Part shown: one piece after another, positions 12,548 to 23,633 of the stretch
Position numbering within the stretch: the stretch's first letter is position 1
Layout: the number at the start of each line of letters is the position of its first letter
Assembly (NCBI GenBank): GCA_951804945.1
Contig: OX638160.1
Span: forward strand, 40,300,001-40,364,000
Direction: 5' to 3'
Origin: Podarcis cretensis
Lineage: Eukaryota
DNA length: 64,000 bases
The notes under the pieces: generated by a model
The model's database searches: none
What the model saw: the letters and a program-made list of their open reading frames with translations, nothing else
What the model was told of the DNA's origin: nothing
Program-made: the position numbers and the translations under genes

Positions 12548-12683
12548 CAGACTTCCTCAACCTTGGCCCTCCAAATGTTTTTAGCCGACAACTCCCATGA
12601 TCCCTAGCTATCAGGACCAGTGGTCAGGGATGGTGGGAAATGTAGTCTCAAAACATCTGGAGGGCCAAGGTTGAGGAAGCCTG
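12548..12683. mobile_element. Palindromic hAT-Charlie-like MITE (136 bp), relative of 3399-3534
   Basis: Long TIR; same centre caggaccagtggtcagggat; exact TSD ATCTAAGG. Confidence 0.88.
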
Positions 12684-12764
12684 ATCTAAGGTGAGTCTTT
12701 CCTTGCTGCCACTTTGAATCAGCTGATATCGTATGATGTTAGGTGATTGATAGGTGAATGACTC

Positions 12765-12985
12765 TGCTCATCCCCCAAACTGAGTGCTACAATTCCCAGA
12801 GTGGTTTAGCAATGAATCTCTCTTCCCAGGGAACTAAAGGAATTCTGGCTCTCCTAGGGGAATAGGGGTCTCCTAGCAACTCTCGGCACCTTGAACAAAC
12901 TGTTGTTCCCAGGATTGTTTGGGAGATGCCACGACTATTTAAAGTGGTAGTATCTTGCTTTTAATGTATAGTGCAGATGGAGCCT
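12765..12985. mobile_element. Old MITE (possibly PIF/Harbinger-like)
   Basis: Ends atagtgcagatggagcc; interior similar to 31170-31295; boundaries approximate. Confidence 0.4.
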
Positions 12986-13175
12986 GCCGTTGGGTTCATT
13001 ACCTGGAAATTGGGCTCATTACCTGGAGACGCAGTGATTGAATGGTGGACATTGTGTACGTCTTTATTTTAGCTCCTTCACGTAATCCAGGGATGAACAT
13101 GGTGCTGCATACATTGTTGGACCAAAACTCCCACCACCCTTGACTATTGGCCATGCTGGCCGGGGATAATAGCAA

Positions 13176-13957
13176 AGCCACTCCCGACATGGGGGGGGGG
13201 TTGCGGGCTCATGACCCACCTACATCCTTGCGGGGCTGGCTGCAGCCCCGCATGACTTGGGGAATCCCGGGATTCATTATTATTCATCATTCACCGCGCC
13301 AGCCAATTGGCTGCCGGCGGGGGCGGGATTAATTGGGTTCATTTAAGGTTGGGGCAGCCCATGCTCGCCCCTTTCTTTTCTTACAGCCAGCTGCGGTTTC
13401 CCACCCACCCACCCTCTAGGTTGCATTTGGACTTTGCTATGGGCTTTGGCTGGTTGCCGCAAGGGGCCTGGTAGGAGTTTTTCCACTTGGCTAATTGGCA
13501 TTATTTTGGAAGCCACTTGGTTTTTTCGCCTACCTCGTAGCAAAACGTCACAACACTTTTGGTTTGGGCGGTTAGGCATTGGCAGGGGTATTGTTATGCA
13601 AATGAGTTGGGGGGGGAGCGCCATCACCTCCCCCAAATGTTGAAGGGTAGTCCGATAAAAGGCTCCGGGGGGCGTCGCCTCGTCCGAAACCTATGGAGGC
13701 TAGGGCCTAAAGCATGCTCCTGAGCGGTAACCCCTTGGGGAGTGCCTAGGGATGTGCATTTCGGGGGCTCCCCCTATTGGTGCTTAACCCTTCCCGGTGC
13801 TATGCCGGTTAGTCTGATAGGGCCAATGCCTAAAGCCAATACTGCTCTTACCTGTAATCAATAAAGTTGTGGCCATTTTTTGCCCATTAACCTAAATTCT
13901 GGTGTCCAGTGTCTTTATTTATTCCAACTGTGGGAGGGGGCGGGAATTGCCACGCAA
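13176..13957 (+). mobile_element. Solo terminal-repeat-like element without TG..CA ends (DIRS/Ngaro-like, inferred)
   Basis: Interrupts a decayed hAT MITE (~13089-14000); CCAAT and GC boxes; aataaagttgtggcca; ends ccacgcaa; CAA at both junctions; homologous to 45355-46220. Confidence 0.65.
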
Positions 13958-14939
13958 CTGTGATTCAGCAGCATTTGGAAGGCCACAGGCTCCCCAACCC
14001 TCACTTATGTCTTACTTATTACTAATGCAATAAAATTGGGTTTTGGCTCCCTGTTTCATATTAAAGTGTGCTTTAAATAGAGGAAGCAAAATTAAAGAAG
14101 CATTCATTTCCAATCCAGCTTTATGACCAAATGAGCGGGACTTCAACTAATGTGTAAACTTTTCTTTGGAAAGTGATAAATATTTACAGTACATAATGAA
14201 ATTTCATGTCAAAAAATTGATGGAATTTACTGTGTTTTAATAAAAGCAGGTTTGAAAACATTAGTTTTATTAAACAAAACCCCAACATATTGTTAAAAAT
14301 ATTGCTATTTTCATATTTGTTTCTCCGGCGCAGACCTGATAGACAAAGGCAGCTTTTCAGCTAACAGCATTACTATGGAAATTAGTCCCAATATAATGGA
14401 AATAGTACAAAATAATACAAGCCCTAATACATCTTCACACAATCTATTATTCATCTATCAATTAACTTCATTTGAATGGTGCTTACCATTCCTGGGTTAG
14501 TTGTTTTTAATAGCCATAAATCTTCATTGTCCCCCCCCACCCACCCCCTTTGGTTCATTCCCACACATCCAAGGACAAGAGTATTTTAAAAGGCCTCTTG
14601 GGACTAGGAACAAAGAGCTAATTTACACCCTGCCATATCAGTTGCACACCCAGTGACGTGTATGAATGAGTCTAGGGCTCCTATATCCCTTCACTGCATC
14701 ACACAGAGTAGTATATCTCTCACAGTGCTCCCTAGACAGATATTTGACACTGGGCATTCTTGCATGTTTCCATACACATGGCTCATGTGATCCAGCCACC
14801 TCCATTTTGGTTTATTGATTCTGTTAACAACTGTACGCATGTAAGTCATTGTTGCCTCTCCGTGTTGGGGAATCCTAACTTACTAGGGTTACCAATCTCA
14901 GGGTAGAACCTAATCTTCTTCATTTGAAATCTCTTAGAA

Positions 14940-15183
14940 CATGGGTAGGCAAACTAAGGCCCGGGGGCCAGATCCGGTCCAATTGCCTTCTAAATCCGGC
15001 CCGCCGACGGTCCGGGAATCAGTGTGTTTTTACATGAGTAGAATGTGTCCCTTTATTAAAAATGCATCTCTGGGTTATTTGTGGGGCATAGGAATTTGTT
15101 CATCCACCCCCCCCCAAAAAAAAATACAGTCTGGCCCCCCACAAGGTCTGAGGGGCAGTGGACTGGCCCCCTGCTGAATAATA

Positions 15184-15225
<42 letters not shown>

Positions 15226-15469
15226 TATTTGTACCCTGCCCATCTGGCTGGGTTTACCCAGCCACTCTGGGCGGCTTCCAACAAAGACCAAAAATACACT
15301 AAAATGTCACACATTAAAAACTTCCCTGAATAGGGCTGACTTCAGATGTCTTCTGAATGTCAGGTAGTTGTTTATCTCTTTGACATCTGATGGGAGGGAG
15401 TTCCACAGGGTGGGCACCACTACCGAGAAGGCCTTCTGCCTGGTTCCTTTCAAAGTTTGCTGACCCCTG
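14940..15469. mobile_element. hAT-Charlie MITE related to OposCharlie1 (OC1), interrupted by L2
   Basis: Ends catgggtaggcaaact / agtttgctgacccctg; subterminal ggtctgaggggcagtggactggccccctg typical of OC1-like elements; TSD tcttagaa/tgttagaa. Confidence 0.75.
15177..15450 (-). mobile_element. L2 LINE 3' end with (TAT)n tail
   Basis: Reverse complement of the L2 C-terminus and 3'UTR seen at 38076-38480. Confidence 0.88.
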
Positions 15470-15787
15470 TGTTAGAAGTCCATTTCAGACCTTTGCACAG
15501 TGGGACATTGGGGGCAAGGTTTGCATGTAGATCCCTAACTCTTCCCTAGTTTAAGTGCTCACATATTCCACAGAATGCCTGAACAGGGCTCGTGTGTGAA
15601 GCCTACATGCCATGACATGGACTCAACGCCGTTCAGTGAACGCATGGCAGAAGCTAAATGCACCTCTCAAAGGTTCATATCTAACACAGTACTCAGCTGA
15701 TCTCATTAGTTGAACAGTGACCTCTTTCTGATATGAAAGGATATTGCTTTCAAATTTTTCACCTTAATGGTTCTCACATAAACCCAG

Positions 15788-16141
15788 CCGTATTTACTCC
15801 ATGAGTGCAGGCAGATGCGAATGCTGATCAAGGAGCTGTGACTGCCCGAGCTGCCTGAGTGAGTGCGCTCGGGGAATGGGGGTCTGGGTAGCCAGGGGGC
15901 AGCTGAGGGAACTGGGTGGAAAGGACGATGTCTGGAGTGGGGGCTGCTGGGGGGGGGGAGTACCAGGGTTTGTCGTGAGGCCAATAGTGAGGGGAGGCTG
16001 GAGGGGGGGGAGAATATGGATGGTGGCATGTATTTATTTATATATTTAATGGCAACATTCCATTTATAAGACGACCCCCCCCCCAATTTTAAACTTAAAA
16101 AATTTGGGGGGAAATATAGTCTTATACATAGAAAAATATGG
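15788..16141. mobile_element. Decayed Tc2/pogo-like MITE
   Basis: ccgtattt..gaaaaatatgg-ta ends resemble 9174-9600; internal ataagacg..gtcttat inverted repeat. Confidence 0.4.
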
Positions 16142-16345
16142 TAACTTCTGGATCCAGTCATGAGAAAGGCACTCACACCATGACGCAAAGGTGGTGAGAG
16201 AAACTCCCACTGAGTCTGAAAGAAAGGTTCTGTAAGGAACTTAAGGCATTGGATGTCCCTAATGTTCACGCTTAGTCAGCTTTCCTGGGCAAAAATGAAA
16301 ATAACACTTAGAGGCACATTCAAAAGTATGAACATATTGGTCATA

Positions 16346-16573
16346 CAGTGGTACCTCTGGTTACAAACTTAATTCATTCCGGTCCGTTCTTAACCTGAAA
16401 CTGTTCTTAACCTGAGGTAGCACTTTAGCTTATGGGGCCTCCTGCTGCCGGCACGCGATTTCTGTTCTCATCCTGAGGTAAAGTTCTTAACCCGAGGTAC
16501 TACTTCCGGGTTAGCAGAGTCTGTAACCTGAAGTGTTCGTAACCCGAGGTATTTGTAACCCAAGGTACCACTG
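16346..16573 (+). mobile_element. Tigger-like MITE, family A
   Basis: TIR cagtggtacc/ggtaccactg; TA TSD. Confidence 0.9.
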
Positions 16574-17735
16574 TACCCTGCTCTTCTTCCCATTTCCAGC
16601 ATCTCCATGGCTGCTGCTTACTTAAAAAACCCCCACAAAAAAACATTTACACAAATACTAATTGTGCCAATGGTGTTATAGCACGGTTTGTGTGCCTCAC
16701 AAAGCAACATTGCAAAGCTTTCGCACAGAATCATTTAATTAAAATAAAATAAAATGATGATTGTTACTCTATTGAGAGAGTGGGTCAGAAGTGAAGCCAG
16801 TCAGGCATGGGCACTTACACTATAATAAATTCTTTAGGCATAGGTGTGTAATGTACACAGTGTATAATATAATATTTCCTTTGATGTTCAGTGTTGTGTG
16901 AGTACTTTCCCTGTCTTTTCCTAATGTGAGACTCTCCCTTTCTTGGCACCAAGCCAGTTTTGTTCATTTTCTGCAGCTGGCATGAAAGTAAACTCATTTT
17001 TTACAGAACTGACCCCCATTATTTCATTTCGGCTAATTCTAAATGCGTTGATGAGCTACAACGCAAAGCAGCACAATTAATTTTATAAGGCATGTTCTGT
17101 TAGCATGGCATTGGTGATTGGCAGGTGAGGAGGAGGAGAGGGAGGAGTTAGTAGGCTCTAATGATGAAACAAACATTTCCTAGGAAATTAATGGGAGTTG
17201 AAAAGGATCGGGAAAAGCCAGTCCACATAGTTGCAGAAGCAAATAGGAAACAAAGGATATCCTGTGAGATACGCGCGAGGAGAGTCCATTTATTTTGTCA
17301 CTGCAAAATCATACACAATGCATGCGACAAACCATTATGCACCACATATCATCCCAAAAATCAAAACATCCAAAGTTGCATGTAAAAGAATTTTCAAAGC
17401 TACTTTTTTTGTGTATGTCTGATGAGTAGGGTTCATGTTTTGGCTGTATGACAGTGCACAGATTGCACAGTCCTCTTCGTCGCAGCGCTAGATGAGGATG
17501 GTTTGCATTTGTCATCAAAGAGAAAAGGATCTGGGGCCCCTGTTAGGATCTAAAGCCCAACTCATGTGGTTGAAGTGGTGGTTAATGGCCTGTCATTGCA
17601 ACCACCAATCATGTTCTGAAAACTGTGTTGTTGTTTGTTAAGGAAGAATAATCTTAACAAGAAACATTGCCAGGATTAGAGTGAACTGTGTCAGAGAAAA
17701 CTGAAAAATTAACTGGTTCAGACTCAATGCAAGTA

Positions 17736-17961
17736 CAGTGGTACCTCGGGTTAAGTACTTAATTCGTTCCAGAGGTCCATTCTTAACCTGAAACTGTACT
17801 TAACCTGAAGCACCACTTTAGCTAAAGGTGCCTCCTGCTGCCGCCACGCCACCGGAGCACAATTTCTGTTCTCATCCTGAAGCAAAGTTCTTAACCTGAA
17901 GCACTATTTATGGGTTAGCGGAGTCTGTAACCTGAAGCATATGTAACCCAAGGTACCACTG
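17736..17961 (+). mobile_element. Tigger-like MITE, family A
   Basis: TIR cagtggtacc/ggtaccactg; TA TSD. Confidence 0.9.
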
Positions 17962-18882
17962 TATCAGTTGCTTCTGAGTTACTACTGGTTTATAACAACC
18001 TGCACCCTGGTCAATATTCATTAGAAGCATGGGCCAAAGAGCTAGAAGAACTAATTTCTGTCACTACAGTGGTTGTTTAAGCCCGAAAGCAATAGGTGAT
18101 GCATCTCTTTAACAATAATCAATTTCTCAGATTTCCATGAGAGGAAAGAAAGCAGACTATTTGCAGGGTGGGGCGAGGAAGCGAAACTATCTGTGCGCAC
18201 AAGGAAAGTGAATCAAAGCCCCTTCCCCTATCACTGATTACAAGTTATTATACAAGCCGAGCCCCATATTGTGCACTTCATTTACAGTAATTGTACAACA
18301 GCTGTATAATAGGTGTAGTTTAAGGTATGAGTGTTGCTCAGAGTGTAGCTTAAATGTCCACTGTGAGATGTGAATATGAATATGAATAGTCCTGACTGCA
18401 TAGTAATTGGTAGTATTACGGGAGAGAATGGGGAAGCTACATATGGATGAATGGGTGAGGCCCGGGCGGGGTGCAGCACAGGAGACTAATGGCAGTTTTT
18501 ATTTCTTCTTATAGATGTCTTTTACTTTAAATAATTAGCCAGGAGCAGAAGGGGGAGGTGGAATGAAAAGTAAGAAAGGAAATGAGTTTGGCACAAGATA
18601 GCTATGTATGAATTGTGCTAATTTGGTGTGTTTTTTATTTCACTCCTGAATCCAAACGTATAACCTGAGTGCTGTGTATGAGAGCCCACAATAGGTATAC
18701 TACAAGATATTAGAAAACTAAGCTTCAGGTGTTGTTTATGTGATCCATTCTCCTTGAACAAAACCTCTTAACTCAAGACTAAACAAATCAGTAGCAGCAG
18801 TAACAGCCTCCACATAATGAGGTGCAGTTTCCTTGTTTATTTCACCTTGTAATTCAAAACCTTGGAACCAATGAGATAGATT

Positions 18883-19036
18883 CAGTGCTTTTTTTTTCAG
18901 GAGGGACACAGGGGTACGCATCCCCCTAAACATTATGTGAATCTAAGTTTGGCCTCATTGAGTGGCAGTATTTTAATATGAGTAGGAAAATGAGAGTACC
19001 CCTAAACATTTTTTTAGGGGGAAAAAGAAAGCACTG
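18883..19036. mobile_element. hAT MITE (154 bp), short form of the 6236 family
   Basis: TIR cagtgcttt/aaagcactg; exact 8-bp TSD GATAGATT. Confidence 0.9.
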
Positions 19037-19384
19037 GATAGATTCAAACTTAGTAATACTTAGTTCCCACTGAAACCAACGAGAATTTGTTAGACTGATT
19101 TGTCCGATTGATTTCAATGGGATCAAAGTGCAATTTAGTTACTCTGGATTCAACCCATTGTCATTGCCCTAGTATTAATTTTATTTACATATTTGTAACA
19201 CATTTGTACACTAGTCTTCCAAGCAAATATTACCCAGGGTGGTTCACAATAAGAATTTACAATAAAACACACACATATAATGAAGCAAGAGCACTTTCCA
19301 AACTCATCACAACTTCAAAACCAATGCACATAGCAGAATAAATAGCTCAATTGCCCTGTTTCAAACTTAGCTTCCTTTTAAATG

Positions 19385-19503
19385 GAAGGCAGCCCTATTT
19401 AGGGAAGCTTTTAATGTTTAATAGATTATTGTATTTTAATATTCTGTTGGAAGCTGCCCAGAGTGGCTGGGGAAACCCAGCCAGATGGGTGGGGTATAAA
19501 TAA

Positions 19504-19550
<47 letters not shown>
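19385..19550 (+). mobile_element. L2 LINE 3' end with (TTA)n tail
   Basis: gaaggcagccctatttagggaag..gctgcccagagtggctggggaaacccagccagatggg. Confidence 0.88.
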
Positions 19551-19551
<1 letters not shown>

Positions 19552-19714
19552 AGTTGTCATTATTTACAGTGGCAGAGTGAATAGAAATGTTTTTAACAAT
19601 GTAGATGCAAGGGAAACCTTCCTGGGGAGGGAATTCCACAGCTAATGCTTCACCTATACAAAAAAAAAGTTGTGTTCCCAACTCACTCCAAAAAGAACAG
19701 TGAATAAAGATGGA

Positions 19715-21065
19715 GGATGGGGTAGACGTAAATGGACAATGCTCCCAATGGATGGAATTAAGAAGATGGGTCTCCAAGGACCAGGACTGGGACTTGTCCC
19801 TTTAAACTTGTTCAAACACCCCTGGAGTTAGGGGTGACAGTGAGGTGGTCAGCTTTGCTGACAACACCAAACTGTCCAGCAGGGAGAGAACAAAAAGGGG
19901 CTTTAAGTAGCTCTGGTAAGGAAGAATCTCTCCAAACTGGATGAAAAGGGAGAAAGCTATGCAATGCAATTCAGTATAAGCAAGTGTAAAGTCATACACA
20001 TTTGGGCAAAAGATGCTAACTTCTGGCAATGGCTCGCCAGGAAAGAAACCTTGGGTGGGTGGCTCAATCAGGAAGTTGACACAGTGTATAGCAGCTGTAA
20101 AAAAATAAAAAATAAAAGAAAGGTGAATTGCAGGTTAGGGATCATTTTTGTTGTTGTTGTTTAGTCGTTTAGTCGTGTCCGACTCTTCGTGACCCCATGG
20201 ACCAGAGCACGCCAGGCCCTCCTGTCTTCCACTGCCTCCCGCAGTTTGGTCAAACGCATGCCGGTAGCTTCGAGAACACGGTCCAACCATCTCGTCTTCT
20301 GTCGTCCCCTTCTCCTTGTGCCCTCCATCTTTCCCAACATCAGGGTCTTTTCCAGGGAGTCTTCTCTTCTCATGAGGTGGCCAAAGTATTGGAGCCTCAG
20401 CTTCAGGATCTGTCCTTCCAGTGAGCACTCAGGGCTGATTTCCTTAAGAATGGATAAGTTTGATCTTCTTGCAGTCCATGGGACTCTCAAGAGTCTCCTC
20501 CAGCACCATAATTCAAAAGCATCAATTCTCCGGCAATCAGCCTTCTTTATGATCTAGCTCTCCCTTCCATACATTACTACTGGAAAGAGGTAAAATAAAA
20601 CTGCCACTATCATCATGCTGCTACACAACTCTGTGGTTCAACATCTGCACTTGGAATATTGTGTTCAGTTCTGGTCACCACTCCTTAGTTCGCCATAAAG
20701 CTGGAAAGGGTCCTGAAAGGGAAAGCTGAAATAATCAAGGGTCTGGAGCATCTCCTCTATGAGGAAAGTTACAAGATTTGGGGGCATGTTTAGTATTTAA
20801 TTTTAGGAGAGAGGCAAGAAAGGTGGGGCATGACAGAGGTTGATAAAGTTATGTTGTGGTGGGAGGAAAGTGAAGAGAGAGAGGTTTTACTCTCTCAAAA
20901 TACTAAAAGCTGAGGCCACACAATGAAGATGAATGTTGGAAGTTTCAGGACAGATATAGCAAGTAGTTCTTCACCTGGCACAGAAGGAAACGATGGAATG
21001 TGCTACCACAATATGCAGTAATAGTCATCAATTGGGATGGCTTTACACAGGGACTTGTAAGTTCA
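19715..21065 (+). mobile_element. Old, decayed CR1 LINE interrupted by BovB
   Basis: tttgctgacaacaccaaactg (FADxTKL); MQFSISKCKVIHI; resumes after BovB with cacttggaatattgtgttcagttctgg (HLEYCVQFW). Confidence 0.8.
20149..20584 (-). mobile_element. BovB (RTE-clade LINE) 3' fragment
   Basis: RVPWTARRSNLSILKEISPECSLEG..HGVTKSRTRLND*; (CAA)n tail. Confidence 0.95.
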
Positions 21066-21099
21066 TGGAAACTTCCCAATGTGTTCCATCCCATGGTTT

Positions 21100-21650
21100 A
21101 AAAGCAGCCAAGAGTCTTGAGGCACCTTAAAGACTGTTGGCTTCTGTCTGTATCAACAGAGGGGGTGAAATCAAATGGCACCAAAGGAAAGCAGATCAAT
21201 ACGTTTGACACCAAATTGGCTGCAGGAGTTGCCAGAAGGAGGCGTACAAGACGCTATCCAACCGTCTTAGGTATTGCACTCTGGATTTGTGTACAGTTTA
21301 CTCCTCAGCCTTTTCTTCTCCCAAGGTTATCCCGCAAGGCTGTGGAGGTTTAGGACCAGAGTTTTCCTTCTCCTAGAAGGAGAATGTGTGGGCCACATTG
21401 ATGAGCCCCATCTGCCCCTCACTTCCCTCTATAGCATGTGCAGAAACCACATTCTTGACCATTGGACCCACTATTGGTCTCATCCGCTCAATCCACTGGA
21501 GTCTGCCTTGGCATGCAGGCAAAGTTCAACCATAAATTAGACTAAGAGATCAAATTTGGCATAAGCTTTTGGGCACATCTGATGAAGTGAATTTCCGTCA
21601 ATGAAAACACATGCTATGATAAATCTATTATTGGTCTTTAAGAGACTCTT
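21100..21650. mobile_element. Penelope-like inverted terminal remnant, split by a ~400 bp insertion
   Basis: aagagtcttgaggcaccttaaagact..ataagcttt is inverted relative to ctgatgaagtg..ggtctttaagagactctt; same terminal sequence as 61500-61600. Confidence 0.6.
21136..21530. mobile_element. RTE-related non-autonomous element (tentative)
   Basis: Interrupts the Penelope-like remnant; ttttccttctcctaga..gatgagccccatctgccc resembles RTE 5'UTR-derived sequence. Confidence 0.4.
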
Positions 21651-22643
21651 AGCTTGTGTACACACTTTAACTCACATTGAAAGTACATTCTTTCCCTCAA
21701 AGAATACTGGGCACTATAGTAACAATTCCCAGCAACCCTTAGCAAACTACAGTGAAATCTTTAAAGAGTGAAATGTGCTTTGACTATGTTTTCAGTGTAT
21801 AATGTGAACACAGCCTTGGTGCTTTTCTAGAAACAGATGAATATGCCTATCCTTCCATTGTCATTCAATTGTTCAGGTACACTAGAACAAAAAAACTACA
21901 TACAAAATGTCTAATTGCAATCCATCCTCCCCTCTAACCCCAAAAATTCCCTTTTAGTTTATTCAACTCTGAAGTTTTTATTCAGGTACAGGGGCTAGAT
22001 TTTCAAATGAGCAACATTCAGAAACATTGTCACCACCCACTTAGTTATCAAGATACCAAGATATGTAGAGGCAAAAAGCTCTTTAATTTTAATTGAACAG
22101 CAAGGAAAGTCCCTTGTTGCATAATAAGATCCCCTCATTATTTACAGCCATCTTCTGCCAGTGTAACCAGCCATATGAACTTGGGCTGAGTTGCTTACTT
22201 ATGAAACTCCATTGCTCACTTATTTTGCCTGTGACTTGGCTGGCAAAAAGGTATGCGAAATTAAGGCAAATATAGAAAAAAATCTACCAATGTTTCTAAT
22301 GCTGTCGGCTCTGGGGAGGAGCGGGTTAAAGAATTGACTGGTTGATTCTTTAATTTCTATACCGCTTAATATATTAAAAAATATCTCTAAGAGGTGCACC
22401 AAATACTGAAGCAAAAGCAGACAACATAATCAAAATATTACAAAAATTCATATATAGATAGAAAAAAGTTACACTGATACAAAGTTACTAATATATCTAA
22501 ATCTATATCGGTTGATTTTCTTTCAAACACGCCTCTTTCACCCTCCTGGTTTTGTTGTTGTTTTTACAAGTCCTTCAACCAGATTCAGGTGCAAAATCAT
22601 GTCTTTAAGAGGCAGAAACAGATGAAAAAGTTTTATTACTGCA

Positions 22644-23243
22644 AGGTACAGTGGTACCTTGGGTTACAGATGCTTCAGGTTACTCTGCTAACCCAGAAAT
22701 AGTACCTCAGGTTAAGAACTTTGCTTCACGATGAGAACAGAAATCGTGTGGTGGCAGCAGTGGGAGGCCCCATTAGCTAAAGTGGGTACCTCAGGCTAAG
22801 AATAGTTTCAGGTTAAGAACAGACGTCCAGAATGAATTAAGTTCTTAACCCGAGGTACCACTGTAAAAGGTAAAGGACCTCTGGACAGTTAAGTCCAGTC
22901 AAAGGCGACTATGGGGTTGCAGTGCTCATCTCACTTTCAGGCCAAGGGAGCCGGCGTTTGTCCACAGATAGCTTTCCGGGTCATATGGCCAGCATGACTG
23001 AACCGCTTCTGGTGCAAATGACCACCATGACGGAAACCAGAGCGCACGGAAACACTGTTTACCTTCCCGCCGCAGCGATACCTATTTATCTACTTGCACT
23101 GGCATGCTTTCGAACTGCTAGGGTGGCAGGAGCTGGGGCAGAACAAGGGGAGCTCACCCCATTGCGGGGATTCAAACTGCCAACCTTCTGATCGGCAAGC
23201 CCTAGGCTCTGTGGTTTAGACCACAGTGCCACCCGCGTCCCTC
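22644..23243 (-). mobile_element. Full-length Sauria SINE with a MITE in its tail
   Basis: Head gggacgcgggtggcactgtgg on the minus strand; (acctt)t tail; 10-bp TSD TATTACTGCA at 22634-22643 and 23244-23253. Confidence 0.93.
22649..22863 (-). mobile_element. Tigger-like MITE, family A
   Basis: TIR and TA TSD; opposite orientation to the other copies. Confidence 0.9.
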
Positions 23244-23437
23244 TATTACTGCACTCCATAAGCCATACCCTGTGATACATTGGGCATCAGTACCCAGCAC
23301 CTTGGGGTATCTGCTAGGGCCCCAGCAGAGCCTACCACTGAATTCTGCCCAGAGTCCCCCTTTAAATGGTTTCCCCCAGGAAACAATTCCCCCATCTTAA
23401 CAGTACTGAAGGACCACTGCCATGTGGTAATGTACGC

Positions 23438-23633
23438 AGGAAGATAAGATGCTGCCTTAGACCTAGTCACACCATTGGCCTACCTAGCTCATTACGGTCT
23501 ACAATGACTGAGAGCAGCTCTCCAGGGTTTCAAGCAAGAATCTCGCCCAGCCCTACCAGGAGATGCAGGGAATTTAAACTGGGACGTTCTGCATGCAAAA
23601 TAGATGCTCCACCACTGAGCTATGGCCCTTCCT
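23438..23633 (-). mobile_element. tRNA-derived SINE with CR1-like tail (Squam2-like)
   Basis: Minus strand ggaagggccatagctcagtggtggagcatc..tgcatgcaga (tRNA-Ala-like head). Confidence 0.75.

Noticed and set aside
17419-17460. CTGATGAG as another hammerhead core
   Set aside because: No helix II followed by GAAA and no cleavage triplet downstream
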